Source: a bacterium (lineage in GTDB: Bacteria; Desulfobacterota; Anaeroferrophillalia; Anaeroferrophillales; Tharpellaceae). From it: DNA of 26,175 nt. Below the pieces are notes generated by a model that searched no databases, was not told where the DNA came from, and saw only the letters and a program-made list of their open reading frames with translations. The position numbers and the translations under genes were made by a program. Shown piece after piece: positions 1 through 9,894 of this stretch (its first letter is position 1; every line of letters starts with the position of its first letter). Where the stretch lies: the NCBI GenBank assembly GCA_029935295.1, contig JAOZKP010000004.1:1-26175 (forward strand). Direction: 5' to 3'.

Positions 1-20
1 AAGATCTCAAAGGACAAACC

Positions 21-52
21 AAAAAAGCCCGGCTCCATAGCCGGGCTTTTTT
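21..52. terminator. Bidirectional intrinsic terminator
   Basis: AAAAAA-GCCCGGCT-CCAT-AGCCGGGC-TTTTTT: perfect 8-bp GC-rich stem flanked by A6 and T6 tracts; lies downstream of the minus-strand gene ending at 264. Confidence 0.85.
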
Positions 53-132
53 CTCATCCATATAAATATTTTCACTGCCAATCTAAATTTGATGCTTTCG
101 CGATTTACTTTGGATTTCACCCGCACCGTCTC

Positions 133-265
133 GATTGGGGAAAAAACCGATGCAGGAATTTAAACGGAACGAGAGCAAATCAAGGTTGTAGCGTTCTCGA
201 CATCCATCAAGATCCGAAGCTACTCAAATGCAATTTTGTCAAGGATAAAGATTTGACCCCCAATC
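133..265. repeat. Possible REP/MITE-like remnant bounded by an 8-bp inverted repeat
   Basis: GATTGGGG (133-140) and CCCCAATC (258-265) are inverted repeats; the right end contains GTCAAGGATAAAGATTTGACCCC (238-260). Resemblance to REP-like ends near RAYT-type transposases is from recollection, not a search. Confidence 0.3.
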
Positions 266-638
266 AGAGCCCCTCCTTTTCCTGTTGCTGTAATTTCTGC
301 AAAACTTGGGGAAACGAACGACAGCAAGCGAACTCTTGGATGATAAAACGCCATTTTTCCTCAACTATGTTCCTAGGAATATGGGCAACCTTATCTTGCG
401 TCGCAGGTTTCCTGTAAAAGCCGCTAAAGATCAAAGCCGGAACCGGGGCCGCCCGCCAACCGGGATCAGTCGGTAACTCAGGATGAATAAGAAGCATATC
501 ATAATCTGCCACAGCCAACGCCTTATCTGCAAAAATTTCATCTAGACCTCTTTTATCAACCACTGCTTCCACCTCAATTTCTGGTATATTCGATACGAAG
601 CAATCTTCTTCAAGGTTCGATATAAACAATAGTTTCAT
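264..638 (-). CDS. Hypothetical protein, possibly a degenerate (pseudo-)receiver domain
   Basis: ORF 264..656; ATG at 638 follows a G6 SD-like run, giving MKLLFISN... The segments KLLFI, DYDMLLIH and PALIFSG fit REC beta1/beta3/beta4, but the acidic residues are missing. Confidence 0.6.
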   Translation of the reverse strand: MKLLFISNLEEDCFVSNIPEIEVEAVVDKRGLDEIFADKALAVADYDMLLIHPELPTDPGWRAAPVPALIFSGFYRKPATQDKVAHIPRNIVEEKWRFIIQEFACCRSFPQVLQKLQQQEKEGL

Positions 639-831
639 TCTACCCCCCATTACCATTAAAGCGGAAATCGCCGCATTTAATCAGATATTACAGTTTAGAT
701 ACTGAATTTTACCCTGATTCCAATTTACTTATACGAATAGCACCGACTAAGGTGTTGAAATCAAGAGCAGTCGCTCCGATTTTTTTAGAGGAAGGGCAGC
801 TGTTCTATGTTGTCCTCCCGGCTGACCCTAT

Positions 832-2448
832 TCAACGACTAGGGATTTCTCTGAGCTTCTGACGCAACTGGTTTATAGTAAATGGTTTCTGAATAAAACC
901 CACGCAGCCTTTATCAAGGATATTCTGGGCCTGCCCATTAATACTATATCCGCTTGACAACAAAACCCGGATATCGGGATCAACAGATTTCAAGCGGTCA
1001 AAAACCTCCCCACCACCCATTTCCGGCATAATCATATCCAAAATGACAAGATCGATAGCAGCCGGGCTTTCCTCCAGTTTTTTCACTGCTTCCATACCAT
1101 TACCAGCCACCAAAACCTGATGTCCCAAATGCTCGAGAATTTCCTGTCCGACATCCTGAATGAAAGATTCATCATCCACCAACAGTATCGTTAGTGGGGA
1201 ACTCTCTTCTGTCTCGCCAACAATTTGTGTTTGTTCTTCCATAACCTTTTTGTCTGAAGCCGGCAGGTAAAGATTAAAGGTACTGCCATTCCCGGGTTCA
1301 CTATAAACATTTACCAGCCCACGGTGGTTTTTCATTATTCCATACACTGATGCCAACCCCAATCCCGTCCCTCGCCCCAATTCCTTAGTGGTAAAAAATG
1401 GGTCAAAGATACGCTTCATGGTCTTTTCATCCATGCCTATTCCGGTGTCAGTAACCGAAATTTTCACATATTTCCCCGAGTCCAGGCCGTAAGGTTTGAG
1501 GTACATCTGATTCAATTCCAGATTTTCTGTCTGGAGATAAAGATCTCCCCCATAAGGCATGGCCTGTCCAGCATTGATGAAAAGATTTAACAGCACTTGA
1601 TCTATCTGAGCTGTATCCACCTCCACCGACCATAGAGAATCATCCAATTTCAAATGAAGACTTATCTCTTTCTTTGTCCGCCCAAACATGTCGACACTCT
1701 TGCGGATAAGTTCATTCATCTGGGATGTCTTCACTTCATATTTACCACCTCGGGCAAACCCAAGGAGCTGTCCGGTCAACGATGTTGCACTCTGGATATA
1801 TTCCTCAATCTTACTCAGATGTTCATAATGAGGATCTGAAGGCTCAGAATTCATCAATACTAACGATGTCCTTCCTTGAATACCCATGAGCAGATTATTG
1901 AAATCATGAGCGACCCCACCTGCGAGGATACCGATGGACTCCATTTTCTGGGCTTGGTGAAACTTATCTTCCGCTCGTTTTTTCTCCGTCTCAGCTTTTT
2001 TACGCCCAGTAATTACCTCAGTAAACATAATAAGGCCGCCAATTTTACCATCAGGCTGCCGCCAGGGATGCAGCTCACGGCGCACCCAGTCAAGGGTACC
2101 ATTAAGCCGCGGAAAATCCTCTTCCTCATTTATTAAACTCTGACCAGCAAGACATTGCCGATGTTCTTCTTTCCACTTGTCAGGAATATCCTGAAAAATA
2201 TCATAATGACATTGACCAGTCAAATCTCTATCTTCCAAGCCATAATCAAGTTCCCAGCGGCGGCTGTAAGTCAGGTAGCACATATCAAGATCACACATAG
2301 CGACGGCTGCGGGGGTATGCGCTATAAAGAGTTTAAGTAACTCCTCTTTTTGTTCAAGCTCCTGTCGCACTCTGCAGGCGATGTCAACCTCCGCTTCAAG
2401 CTCGGTTATTCGCTGTTGTAAAACTTCCTTACTTTGAGCTGACTCCAT
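832..2448 (-). CDS. PAS-domain hybrid sensor histidine kinase/response regulator (CckA-like architecture)
   Basis: Coiled-coil N-terminus, PAS domain, H-box GVAHDFNNLL, N-box QVLLNLFINA, G1 DTGIGM, F-box DPFFTTK, G2 GTGLGL, C-terminal REC (LVDDE...LDMIMP...KPF). ATG at 2448 follows SD AGAGGA; the ORF track start at 2481 is a TTG. Confidence 0.93.
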   Translation of the reverse strand: MESAQSKEVLQQRITELEAEVDIACRVRQELEQKEELLKLFIAHTPAAVAMCDLDMCYLTYSRRWELDYGLEDRDLTGQCHYDIFQDIPDKWKEEHRQCLAGQSLINEEEDFPRLNGTLDWVRRELHPWRQPDGKIGGLIMFTEVITGRKKAETEKKRAEDKFHQAQKMESIGILAGGVAHDFNNLLMGIQGRTSLVLMNSEPSDPHYEHLSKIEEYIQSATSLTGQLLGFARGGKYEVKTSQMNELIRKSVDMFGRTKKEISLHLKLDDSLWSVEVDTAQIDQVLLNLFINAGQAMPYGGDLYLQTENLELNQMYLKPYGLDSGKYVKISVTDTGIGMDEKTMKRIFDPFFTTKELGRGTGLGLASVYGIMKNHRGLVNVYSEPGNGSTFNLYLPASDKKVMEEQTQIVGETEESSPLTILLVDDESFIQDVGQEILEHLGHQVLVAGNGMEAVKKLEESPAAIDLVILDMIMPEMGGGEVFDRLKSVDPDIRVLLSSGYSINGQAQNILDKGCVGFIQKPFTINQLRQKLREIPSR

Positions 2449-2524
2449 TACATTTTCCTCTTTTCGCTCACTGTAATTCAATAACCATTATTTTTATTGC
2501 TTAAAGCACATTCTTCTCGTGGAC

Positions 2525-2551
2525 ACTATACCCTTTTTGATCTAATGGCAA
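2525..2551 (-). promoter_or_regulatory. Candidate sigma70 promoter for the hybrid kinase
   Basis: Minus strand TTGCCA-N15-TATAGT just downstream of the clc terminator; the spacer is shorter than optimal. Confidence 0.3.
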
Positions 2552-2552
2552 T

Positions 2553-2581
2553 AAAAAACCCGGTCATTTCTGATCGGGTTT
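2553..2581 (-). terminator. Intrinsic terminator after the clc gene
   Basis: Minus strand AAACCCGATCA-GAAA-TGACCGGGTTTTTT: GNRA-capped stem with one mismatch plus a U tract, about 45 nt past the clc stop. Confidence 0.7.
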
Positions 2582-2624
2582 CTGTCTTTTTCGAAGGTTG
2601 CAATCAACTGGCCATATCAGGTCA

Positions 2625-4400
2625 CTAATGCCCCGGCAGACCGCGCTCCAGAAGACTGCGATTATAGGCCGAAATTATATCCTGACGCGAAACCATACCC
2701 ACCATACGGCGGGAATTGTCATCAGCAACAACCGGCAGGTAATCGATATTACGCGAACCGATCTTGCGTAAGGCGTCACTCAGATTCTCATGAGCAGTCA
2801 CTGTCAACACCTTGCTCTTGGCAAGCTCTTTGGCAACGATAAGATCTTCAAGTTCCTGTTCATAAACCAGCTCCCTAAGATCCTGAATACTCAGGATACC
2901 ACTCAGCAGACCTTTACTGTCAACTACCGGAAAAGTTGTTTTTCGTGAATGCGGCAGAAACTGGAGCAGGGATTTGAGTTTCATCGTCTCGGGAATGGTT
3001 TCCAGGGCGCCACGAAACATAACATCGCCAATCTTGATAGAACGCATCAGATTAACCTCACGACCATCCTCCAGATGAATACCTTCACGAGCCAGGCCGA
3101 AGGTGTCAATCCCTTCTCGTTCAATACTGCGGGCCACCATAATCCCGACGACGGTGGCAAACATTGCCGGAAGAATAATCTGTGACTCTCCGGTTAATTC
3201 ATAGGCAAGAAAGATTGCGGTTAACGGAGCATGGGTCACTGCTGACAGGAAGGCCCCCAATCCGACTACGGCATAGCCGTCCGGAGACATCACAATATTG
3301 GGAAACAGGGTGGTGGCAATCTGGCCGCAACCCGAACCCAACACCACGCCGATAAACATAATCGGCGCAAAAAGCCCCCCGGCACCACCCGAGCCCAGAC
3401 AGATAGATGTCGCCAGAATTTTCATAAGAACTAGAGCTAAAGCCATATACCAAATTGGTGGAAACTGGAATATCTGCCCCATTTTCCCATAAACATCCCC
3501 CATAACCTGCGGGAAAAAGACACCTATAAGGCCGACCAGAAGACCACCGAGAGCCGGTTTCAAATAACGAGGGAAACGAAGCTTCGTAAAGAAGTCCTGA
3601 ACTAAGTAAAAGAATCTAATAAACAATGCTGCAAAGCAGCCAATCACGATTCCCATTGCCACATAAACCAAAAGCTCACGGAAACTTCCCAGAGAAAATT
3701 CCGGGGTCACAAAGAGGCGTTCATTACCGAAAATCAACCGGGTCGAAACCACCGAGGTGGCCGCAGCGATGACCACCGGCGTAAAGATTGCCAGACCGAT
3801 ATCACCCATCATGATGATTTCCAGAGCAAAAAAGACGCCGGAAATCGGTGCGTTAAAGGTTGCGGCAATCCCGCCGGCAACCCCGCAGGCAATCAAAAGC
3901 CGTACCCGACCCTGATTAAAGGAGAAAAATCCAGCTACCATCTGGCCGATGGAGCCGCCGATTGTCGCAATCGGCCCCTCCTGCCCGGCCGAACCGCCGC
4001 TGCCGATTGTTATCGCCGGAGCCAGAATTTTAATCCAGATATTGCGCCGGGCCAAACGTCCGCGACTCAAATTAACCGTTTTCAAGAAATTGGGCAGGCC
4101 GTAACCGCAGACATAACCCGGCATTGCCATTTCCAGCGGGATCAGGAGCAGACCGCCACACATCGGTATCAGAGGCAGGAGATAGACCTTCCAGCCGCCA
4201 TCCGCCACCCCGAGAACTTCTAAACCAGAAACAAAAAGGTGCTCATGAAAAAATTCAATGGCAAAATGCAAACCCCAGTTCCCGAAAGCACTCAGAACAC
4301 CAATCAGAATGGCAAGAAAGATCAGAAAATAGTTCTCCGACACACCAAAACGGATTTTCAAACGAACTATCTTGTTTATAAGTTTTTTTCTGGATAACAT
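2625..4400 (-). CDS. ClC-family chloride channel/antiporter with C-terminal tandem CBS domains
   Basis: GYGLP (GSGIP equivalent), GQEGP gating motif, FNAP, GGLFAP, many TM helices; CBS pair (TFPVVD...GILS; YLPVV...GMVSRQDI). Confidence 0.93.
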   Translation of the reverse strand: MLSRKKLINKIVRLKIRFGVSENYFLIFLAILIGVLSAFGNWGLHFAIEFFHEHLFVSGLEVLGVADGGWKVYLLPLIPMCGGLLLIPLEMAMPGYVCGYGLPNFLKTVNLSRGRLARRNIWIKILAPAITIGSGGSAGQEGPIATIGGSIGQMVAGFFSFNQGRVRLLIACGVAGGIAATFNAPISGVFFALEIIMMGDIGLAIFTPVVIAAATSVVSTRLIFGNERLFVTPEFSLGSFRELLVYVAMGIVIGCFAALFIRFFYLVQDFFTKLRFPRYLKPALGGLLVGLIGVFFPQVMGDVYGKMGQIFQFPPIWYMALALVLMKILATSICLGSGGAGGLFAPIMFIGVVLGSGCGQIATTLFPNIVMSPDGYAVVGLGAFLSAVTHAPLTAIFLAYELTGESQIILPAMFATVVGIMVARSIEREGIDTFGLAREGIHLEDGREVNLMRSIKIGDVMFRGALETIPETMKLKSLLQFLPHSRKTTFPVVDSKGLLSGILSIQDLRELVYEQELEDLIVAKELAKSKVLTVTAHENLSDALRKIGSRNIDYLPVVADDNSRRMVGMVSRQDIISAYNRSLLERGLPGH

Positions 4401-4426
4401 TTCTTGTTCTCAGGTTTGGAAATCAA

Positions 4427-4460
4427 TGTAACTATTCAGCTATATCTCACAAGTTGTCAA
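4427..4460 (-). promoter_or_regulatory. Candidate clc promoter/operator region
   Basis: Minus strand TTGACA (4460-4455), then 16 nt, then TGAATAGTTACA (4438-4427); the same 12-mer occurs upstream of the mrp cluster. No clean -10 hexamer. Confidence 0.4.
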
Positions 4461-4464
4461 GATT

Positions 4465-4550
4465 GGGGTCATTGCTGGTACAAGGTGCGTCTGCACCCCC
4501 TCTGGCTTCGCTGTGAGCGTAGCGAGGGAGTACTCTTGGAGTGTGACCCC
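4465..4550. repeat. 86-nt multi-stem palindromic element (REP/MITE-like or structured ncRNA)
   Basis: Terminal GGGGTCA/TGACCCC pairing encloses three hairpins: GGTGC/GCACC; CCCTC..GAGGG with a nested GCT-TCGCT/AGCGT-AGC stem; TACTC/GAGTG. Confidence 0.5.
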
Positions 4551-4604
4551 GTTTATGTGGGCGAAACAATGTTCGACACCATTGGTTATAACTTAATGGC
4601 AACC

Positions 4605-6446
4605 CTACTCCACGGTCACACTTTTTGCTAGATTACGGGGCTGATCAACATCTGTGCCCTTGAGTACGGCGGTGTAGTAAGCCAAGAGCTGCAGCGGCAC
4701 AACGTAGAGCAGCGGATTCAGCTCTTCACCGACGACATCAACGATAAAATGATCCAGTTTGTCGATTTCAGCCGAGATCTCAAGATCGGGGCCGGAAAAA
4801 ATCAGCAGACGGCCGTCGCGGGCGGCAACCTCCTGAAAGTTGCTGACAATCTTTTCCAAATGACGATCCGGCGGTGCCAAAACCACCACCGGCATCGACT
4901 CATCGATCAGGGCAATCGGGCCGTGCTTCATCTCTCCGGCAGGATAGCCTTCAGCATGGATATAGGAAATTTCTTTTAATTTCAGGGCCCCTTCGAGAGC
5001 GATCGGGAAATTAAGCCCGCGGGCAAGATAAAGATAATCATCTACCAGATGATAACGCCGCGCCATCAGCTCAAGATCAGCGGCCCGAGCCAACACTTTT
5101 TCAATCGCCACCGGCAGATGCAGAAGTTCCTGCACGTATTCTCCTACCTCTGCAGAAGTCAAACTTTCCCGAATTGTCGCAATCTCCAGACTGAGCAGAA
5201 AAAGCGCCGTCAGCTGAGTTGTAAAAGCTTTAGTTGAAGCGACCCCGATTTCAGGCCCGGCATGGGTATAGAGTACCCCGTCGCAGAGCCGGGCAATACT
5301 GCTCTCCATAACATTACAGATTGCCAGCAGCGTAGCCCCCCGGCGGCGGGCTTCCTGCAGGGCGGCCAGAGTATCTGCGGTTTCACCCGATTGGGATATA
5401 CCAATCACCAGGGTATCCGGCCCCACCAGTGGATCACGGTAACGGAATTCCGAGGCGATATCAACCTCCGCCGGAATCCGGGCGAGATTTTCAAGCCAGT
5501 ATTTTGCCACCAACCCAGCGTGCCAGGAGGTACCGCAGGCAATTATTTTAATCTCTTTAAAAGAGTGCCACTGCTCCTGAGAGAAACCAATTTCAGTAAG
5601 ATCCACACCGCTGCGATCTTCATTGAGACGGCCCAGCAAAGTATTACTGACAGCATCAGGCTGCTCAAAAATTTCTTTCAGCATGAAATGTTTATAGCCG
5701 CTCTTCTCCGCCATAATCGGATCCCAGGAGATCCGCCGCACCTCTTTTTCGTGCTGAGCCCCATCATCAAGACCGACTACCTTCATCCCCTGGTCATCAA
5801 AGACCGCCATCTCGCCATCATCAAGAAAGATAACATCTTTCGACCAGGCCAGAAGTGCGGGGATATCTGAGGCCACAAAATATTCGCCAACATTTTCACC
5901 CAGAGCCATCACCAGAGGGCTGCTCTGCCGGGCAACAATCATTTTTTCCGGCGCCTTCTCATAGAGTACGGCCAGAGCATAAGTACCGCGTACCCGCAGC
6001 AGTGACTGGCTGACCGCCTGCTCAAAATCAGCTCCGGACTGCAACGCCCGGACAATCAGGTGGCTGAGCACCTCAGTATCAGTTTCCGAGGAAAAAATAT
6101 GACCAAGACCAATTAACTCGCGCCGCAATTCAAGATAGTTCTCGATAATGCCGTTATGGACTACTACCACCCCTTCATGTTTATGCGGATGGGCATTGGC
6201 TTCGGTCGGCCGCCCGTGGGTCGCCCAGCGGGTATGACCGATCACCGGCGTTCCATGTAGCTGCTGTTCGCGAATTTTTTCCTCAAGCCCGATCAACTTG
6301 CCGACACTGCGATGAATCGCAATTTTACCCTGCTCCAGGATAGCGATTCCAGCTGAATCATAGCCGCGATACTCAAGTTTCCGCAAACCATCCAGAACTA
6401 CCGGCACCCCGTTTTTCGGACCCATGTAAGCAACGATTCCACACAT
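4605..6446 (-). CDS. glmS: Glutamine-fructose-6-phosphate aminotransferase (isomerizing)
   Basis: MCGIV N-terminus with catalytic Cys, LEYRGYDSAG, GHTRWATHG, HNGIIENY, SQSGETADT, STKAFTTQL, C-terminal PRNLAKSVTVE. True start is the ATG at 6446, 1 nt after the glmU stop. Confidence 0.98.
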   Translation of the reverse strand: MCGIVAYMGPKNGVPVVLDGLRKLEYRGYDSAGIAILEQGKIAIHRSVGKLIGLEEKIREQQLHGTPVIGHTRWATHGRPTEANAHPHKHEGVVVVHNGIIENYLELRRELIGLGHIFSSETDTEVLSHLIVRALQSGADFEQAVSQSLLRVRGTYALAVLYEKAPEKMIVARQSSPLVMALGENVGEYFVASDIPALLAWSKDVIFLDDGEMAVFDDQGMKVVGLDDGAQHEKEVRRISWDPIMAEKSGYKHFMLKEIFEQPDAVSNTLLGRLNEDRSGVDLTEIGFSQEQWHSFKEIKIIACGTSWHAGLVAKYWLENLARIPAEVDIASEFRYRDPLVGPDTLVIGISQSGETADTLAALQEARRRGATLLAICNVMESSIARLCDGVLYTHAGPEIGVASTKAFTTQLTALFLLSLEIATIRESLTSAEVGEYVQELLHLPVAIEKVLARAADLELMARRYHLVDDYLYLARGLNFPIALEGALKLKEISYIHAEGYPAGEMKHGPIALIDESMPVVVLAPPDRHLEKIVSNFQEVAARDGRLLIFSGPDLEISAEIDKLDHFIVDVVGEELNPLLYVVPLQLLAYYTAVLKGTDVDQPRNLAKSVTVE

Positions 6447-6447
6447 A

Positions 6448-7848
6448 TTATTTCTCCTCGTTTGCCTGACGCCGCCAGGCCATACCTTTACCGGAAAATT
6501 CTTTCTGCCGGGTACGCGTAGTGACAATCGCATTGGCAGCCACATTCTTAGTAACTGTCGAACCGGCCCCAACCAGAACATCATCACCCAGGGTTACGGG
6601 TGCCACCAATTGGGAATCTGAACCGACAAAAACCCGCTTGCCAATTACCGTCTTAAACTTGTTGAAGCCATCATAGTTACAGGTAATCGTCCCGGCACCA
6701 AGATTACTGCCGGCACCAACTTCAGCATCACCGATATAGGCAAGGTGTGAAGCTTTAGCCCCTTTACCGAAATTAACTTTTTTGGTCTCGACAAAATTTC
6801 CAATCTTGGCCTCAGCCCCGATCACCGAACCCGGACGAATCCGGGCGAAAGGACCAATCATTGCCCACTCCCCGATTTCAGCATCTTCGAGAACAGAATA
6901 AGGTTTAATATCGACGTTATCAGAAATGATAGAATTTTTAATCTGGGCGCCAGCGCCAACATAGCAATCATCACCGATCGTGGTCGCCCCGAGCAAACTT
7001 ACTCCCGGACTTATTTCTGAATCCTGACCAATTTTAACATCCGGCCCGATCAATACCGTTTCTGAGGAACGGACGGTAACGCCATTATCAAGCCAGTATC
7101 GGGATATCCGCGCGGCCATAAATGTTTCTAACTGAATCAGATCTGAACGGGTATTGATCCCCAGAATCTCACGACTGTCGACAACATCGTAAATTGACGT
7201 TGCCGCCCCCTGACGCCGGGCAAAGGCAACCATATCCGTCAGATAGTATTCCCCCTGGGCATTATCACAATCAGTCTCGGCCAAAGCGTCCCGCAGCAAA
7301 TCGATATCTACAATATATGTGCCGGAATTAATCCGCTTGACTGTAAGCTGTTCCGGGGTTGCATCTTTGGCCTCAACAATTTCAAGCGGAGCCCCGGCAG
7401 CATCAATCAGGACCCGACCGTAACTTGCCCCGTCACTTAAAACAGCAGTAAGGATCGACATTTTTGCCTGCGCCTGACAATGTTTGTCATAAAAATTCTT
7501 CAATGTCTCAACTGTCAGAAGCGGCACATCACCACAGAGAATCAGCACACTTCCAGAAACGCCATCAAGATTTTGCAAACCGGCAGCAACGGCATCAGCT
7601 GTACCTTTCGCTGTAAACTGGATTGCCCAATCGACATTAAATGACGGCGCAAGAGTTGATTTGACCTTTTCCCCAACTTCATCACCGCCGATCACAACGA
7701 CTGGTTTTTCAATACCGACACTCGACAGCAGCCGCAAAGGATAAGCGAGTAGCGGTTCCCCCAAGATTTCATGCAGAACTTTCGGCACTTTAGAGTGCAT
7801 TCTGGTACCGCGTCCGGCAGCTAAAACAATAGCAGTTAAATCTTGCAT
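6448..7848 (-). CDS. glmU: Bifunctional UDP-N-acetylglucosamine pyrophosphorylase/glucosamine-1-phosphate N-acetyltransferase
   Basis: LAAGRGTRM..PKVLH, GDVPL, EYYLTD, hexapeptide repeats, GPFARIRP, GNFVETK, HLAYIGDA, GAGTITCNYDG. ATG at 7848 follows SD GGGGGA. Confidence 0.97.
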   Translation of the reverse strand: MQDLTAIVLAAGRGTRMHSKVPKVLHEILGEPLLAYPLRLLSSVGIEKPVVVIGGDEVGEKVKSTLAPSFNVDWAIQFTAKGTADAVAAGLQNLDGVSGSVLILCGDVPLLTVETLKNFYDKHCQAQAKMSILTAVLSDGASYGRVLIDAAGAPLEIVEAKDATPEQLTVKRINSGTYIVDIDLLRDALAETDCDNAQGEYYLTDMVAFARRQGAATSIYDVVDSREILGINTRSDLIQLETFMAARISRYWLDNGVTVRSSETVLIGPDVKIGQDSEISPGVSLLGATTIGDDCYVGAGAQIKNSIISDNVDIKPYSVLEDAEIGEWAMIGPFARIRPGSVIGAEAKIGNFVETKKVNFGKGAKASHLAYIGDAEVGAGSNLGAGTITCNYDGFNKFKTVIGKRVFVGSDSQLVAPVTLGDDVLVGAGSTVTKNVAANAIVTTRTRQKEFSGKGMAWRRQANEEK

Positions 7849-7868
7849 TTCATCCCCCACTTAAACGC

Positions 7869-7897
7869 AAAAAACGGGAGCTTTTAAACTCCCGTTT
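7869..7897 (-). terminator. Intrinsic terminator after atpC
   Basis: Minus strand AAACGGGAG-TTTAAAAG-CTCCCGTTTTTT. Confidence 0.8.
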
Positions 7898-7938
7898 CCA
7901 GGCTTATAGCCCGTAAAAATTCGAATCCTTATATCAAA

Positions 7939-8346
7939 TCAAATCTTGGCAACTAAAATCCGGTTCATAGCCCGATCTAAAGCTGCCATCTCCTCAAAAT
8001 AATCCTTCTCTTCAGGACTGATCTCAGCCAAACGCCCTTCGGCCCGTTGCCGGGCTCGTTCAGCCCGATCGACATCTATTTCATCAGAGAGTTCAGCCGC
8101 ATCCAGTAACACAATAACCTGATGATACTCAACTTCAGCATATCCATGTGAAACGGCAACATGCTTCATTTGATTACCCTGGCGATAGATCAACTGCCCG
8201 ACACTTACGGTCGCAAGGAAAGGTGTATGGCCGGGAAGAACCCCAAACTGTCCCTCTTCTCCTGGAGCTATAACCTCATCGACTTCAACATCAAGTACTT
8301 CTCGATAAGGGCTCGCTATCTTAAGACGTATCTTATCACTTTCCAT
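7939..8346 (-). CDS. atpC: F1 ATP synthase epsilon subunit
   Basis: PGEEGQFGVLPGHTPF, VSHGYAEV, DIDVDRAERARQRAE. Confidence 0.97.
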   Translation of the reverse strand: MESDKIRLKIASPYREVLDVEVDEVIAPGEEGQFGVLPGHTPFLATVSVGQLIYRQGNQMKHVAVSHGYAEVEYHQVIVLLDAAELSDEIDVDRAERARQRAEGRLAEISPEEKDYFEEMAALDRAMNRILVAKI

Positions 8347-8410
8347 AACTGTAGAATCTCACAACAGGCTTTTAGCGGTTAACCTCAAACAAGCAGAAAA
8401 AACCGACTTC

Positions 8411-9853
<1,443 letters not shown>

Positions 9854-9894
9854 TTATATTAACTTATTTTTTATAAAAAAGTATTTGACTTGAC

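Noticed and set aside
1-417. 138-codon stop-free plus frame 1 at the window start
   Set aside because: It runs through the terminator hairpin and antisense into the 264..638 gene, is Cys-rich and has no recognisable motif; most likely chance.
4465-4550. tRNA or tRNA-Sec because of the 7-bp closing stem and cloverleaf-like shape
   Set aside because: No TTCRA T-loop, no 7-nt anticodon loop and no canonical D-loop on either strand.
4465-4600. Fluoride (crcB) riboswitch upstream of the ClC gene
   Set aside because: Fragments look similar (AUGGUGU, UCGCC, AUAAAC, GCAAUGACCCC), but the GGYGAUG..CGCC P1 stem and pseudoknot spacing are absent, a TTGACA lies downstream of the element, and the ClC lacks CLC-F signatures. 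An Infernal run with the crcB model would settle it.
6440-6460. glmS ribozyme upstream of glmS
   Set aside because: The glmU stop is 1 nt from the glmS ATG, so there is no leader.
6447-6587. 47-aa N-terminal extension of GlmS in the ORF track
   Set aside because: It overlaps the glmU 3' end, and GlmS needs its catalytic Cys at the N-terminus (MCG at 6446).
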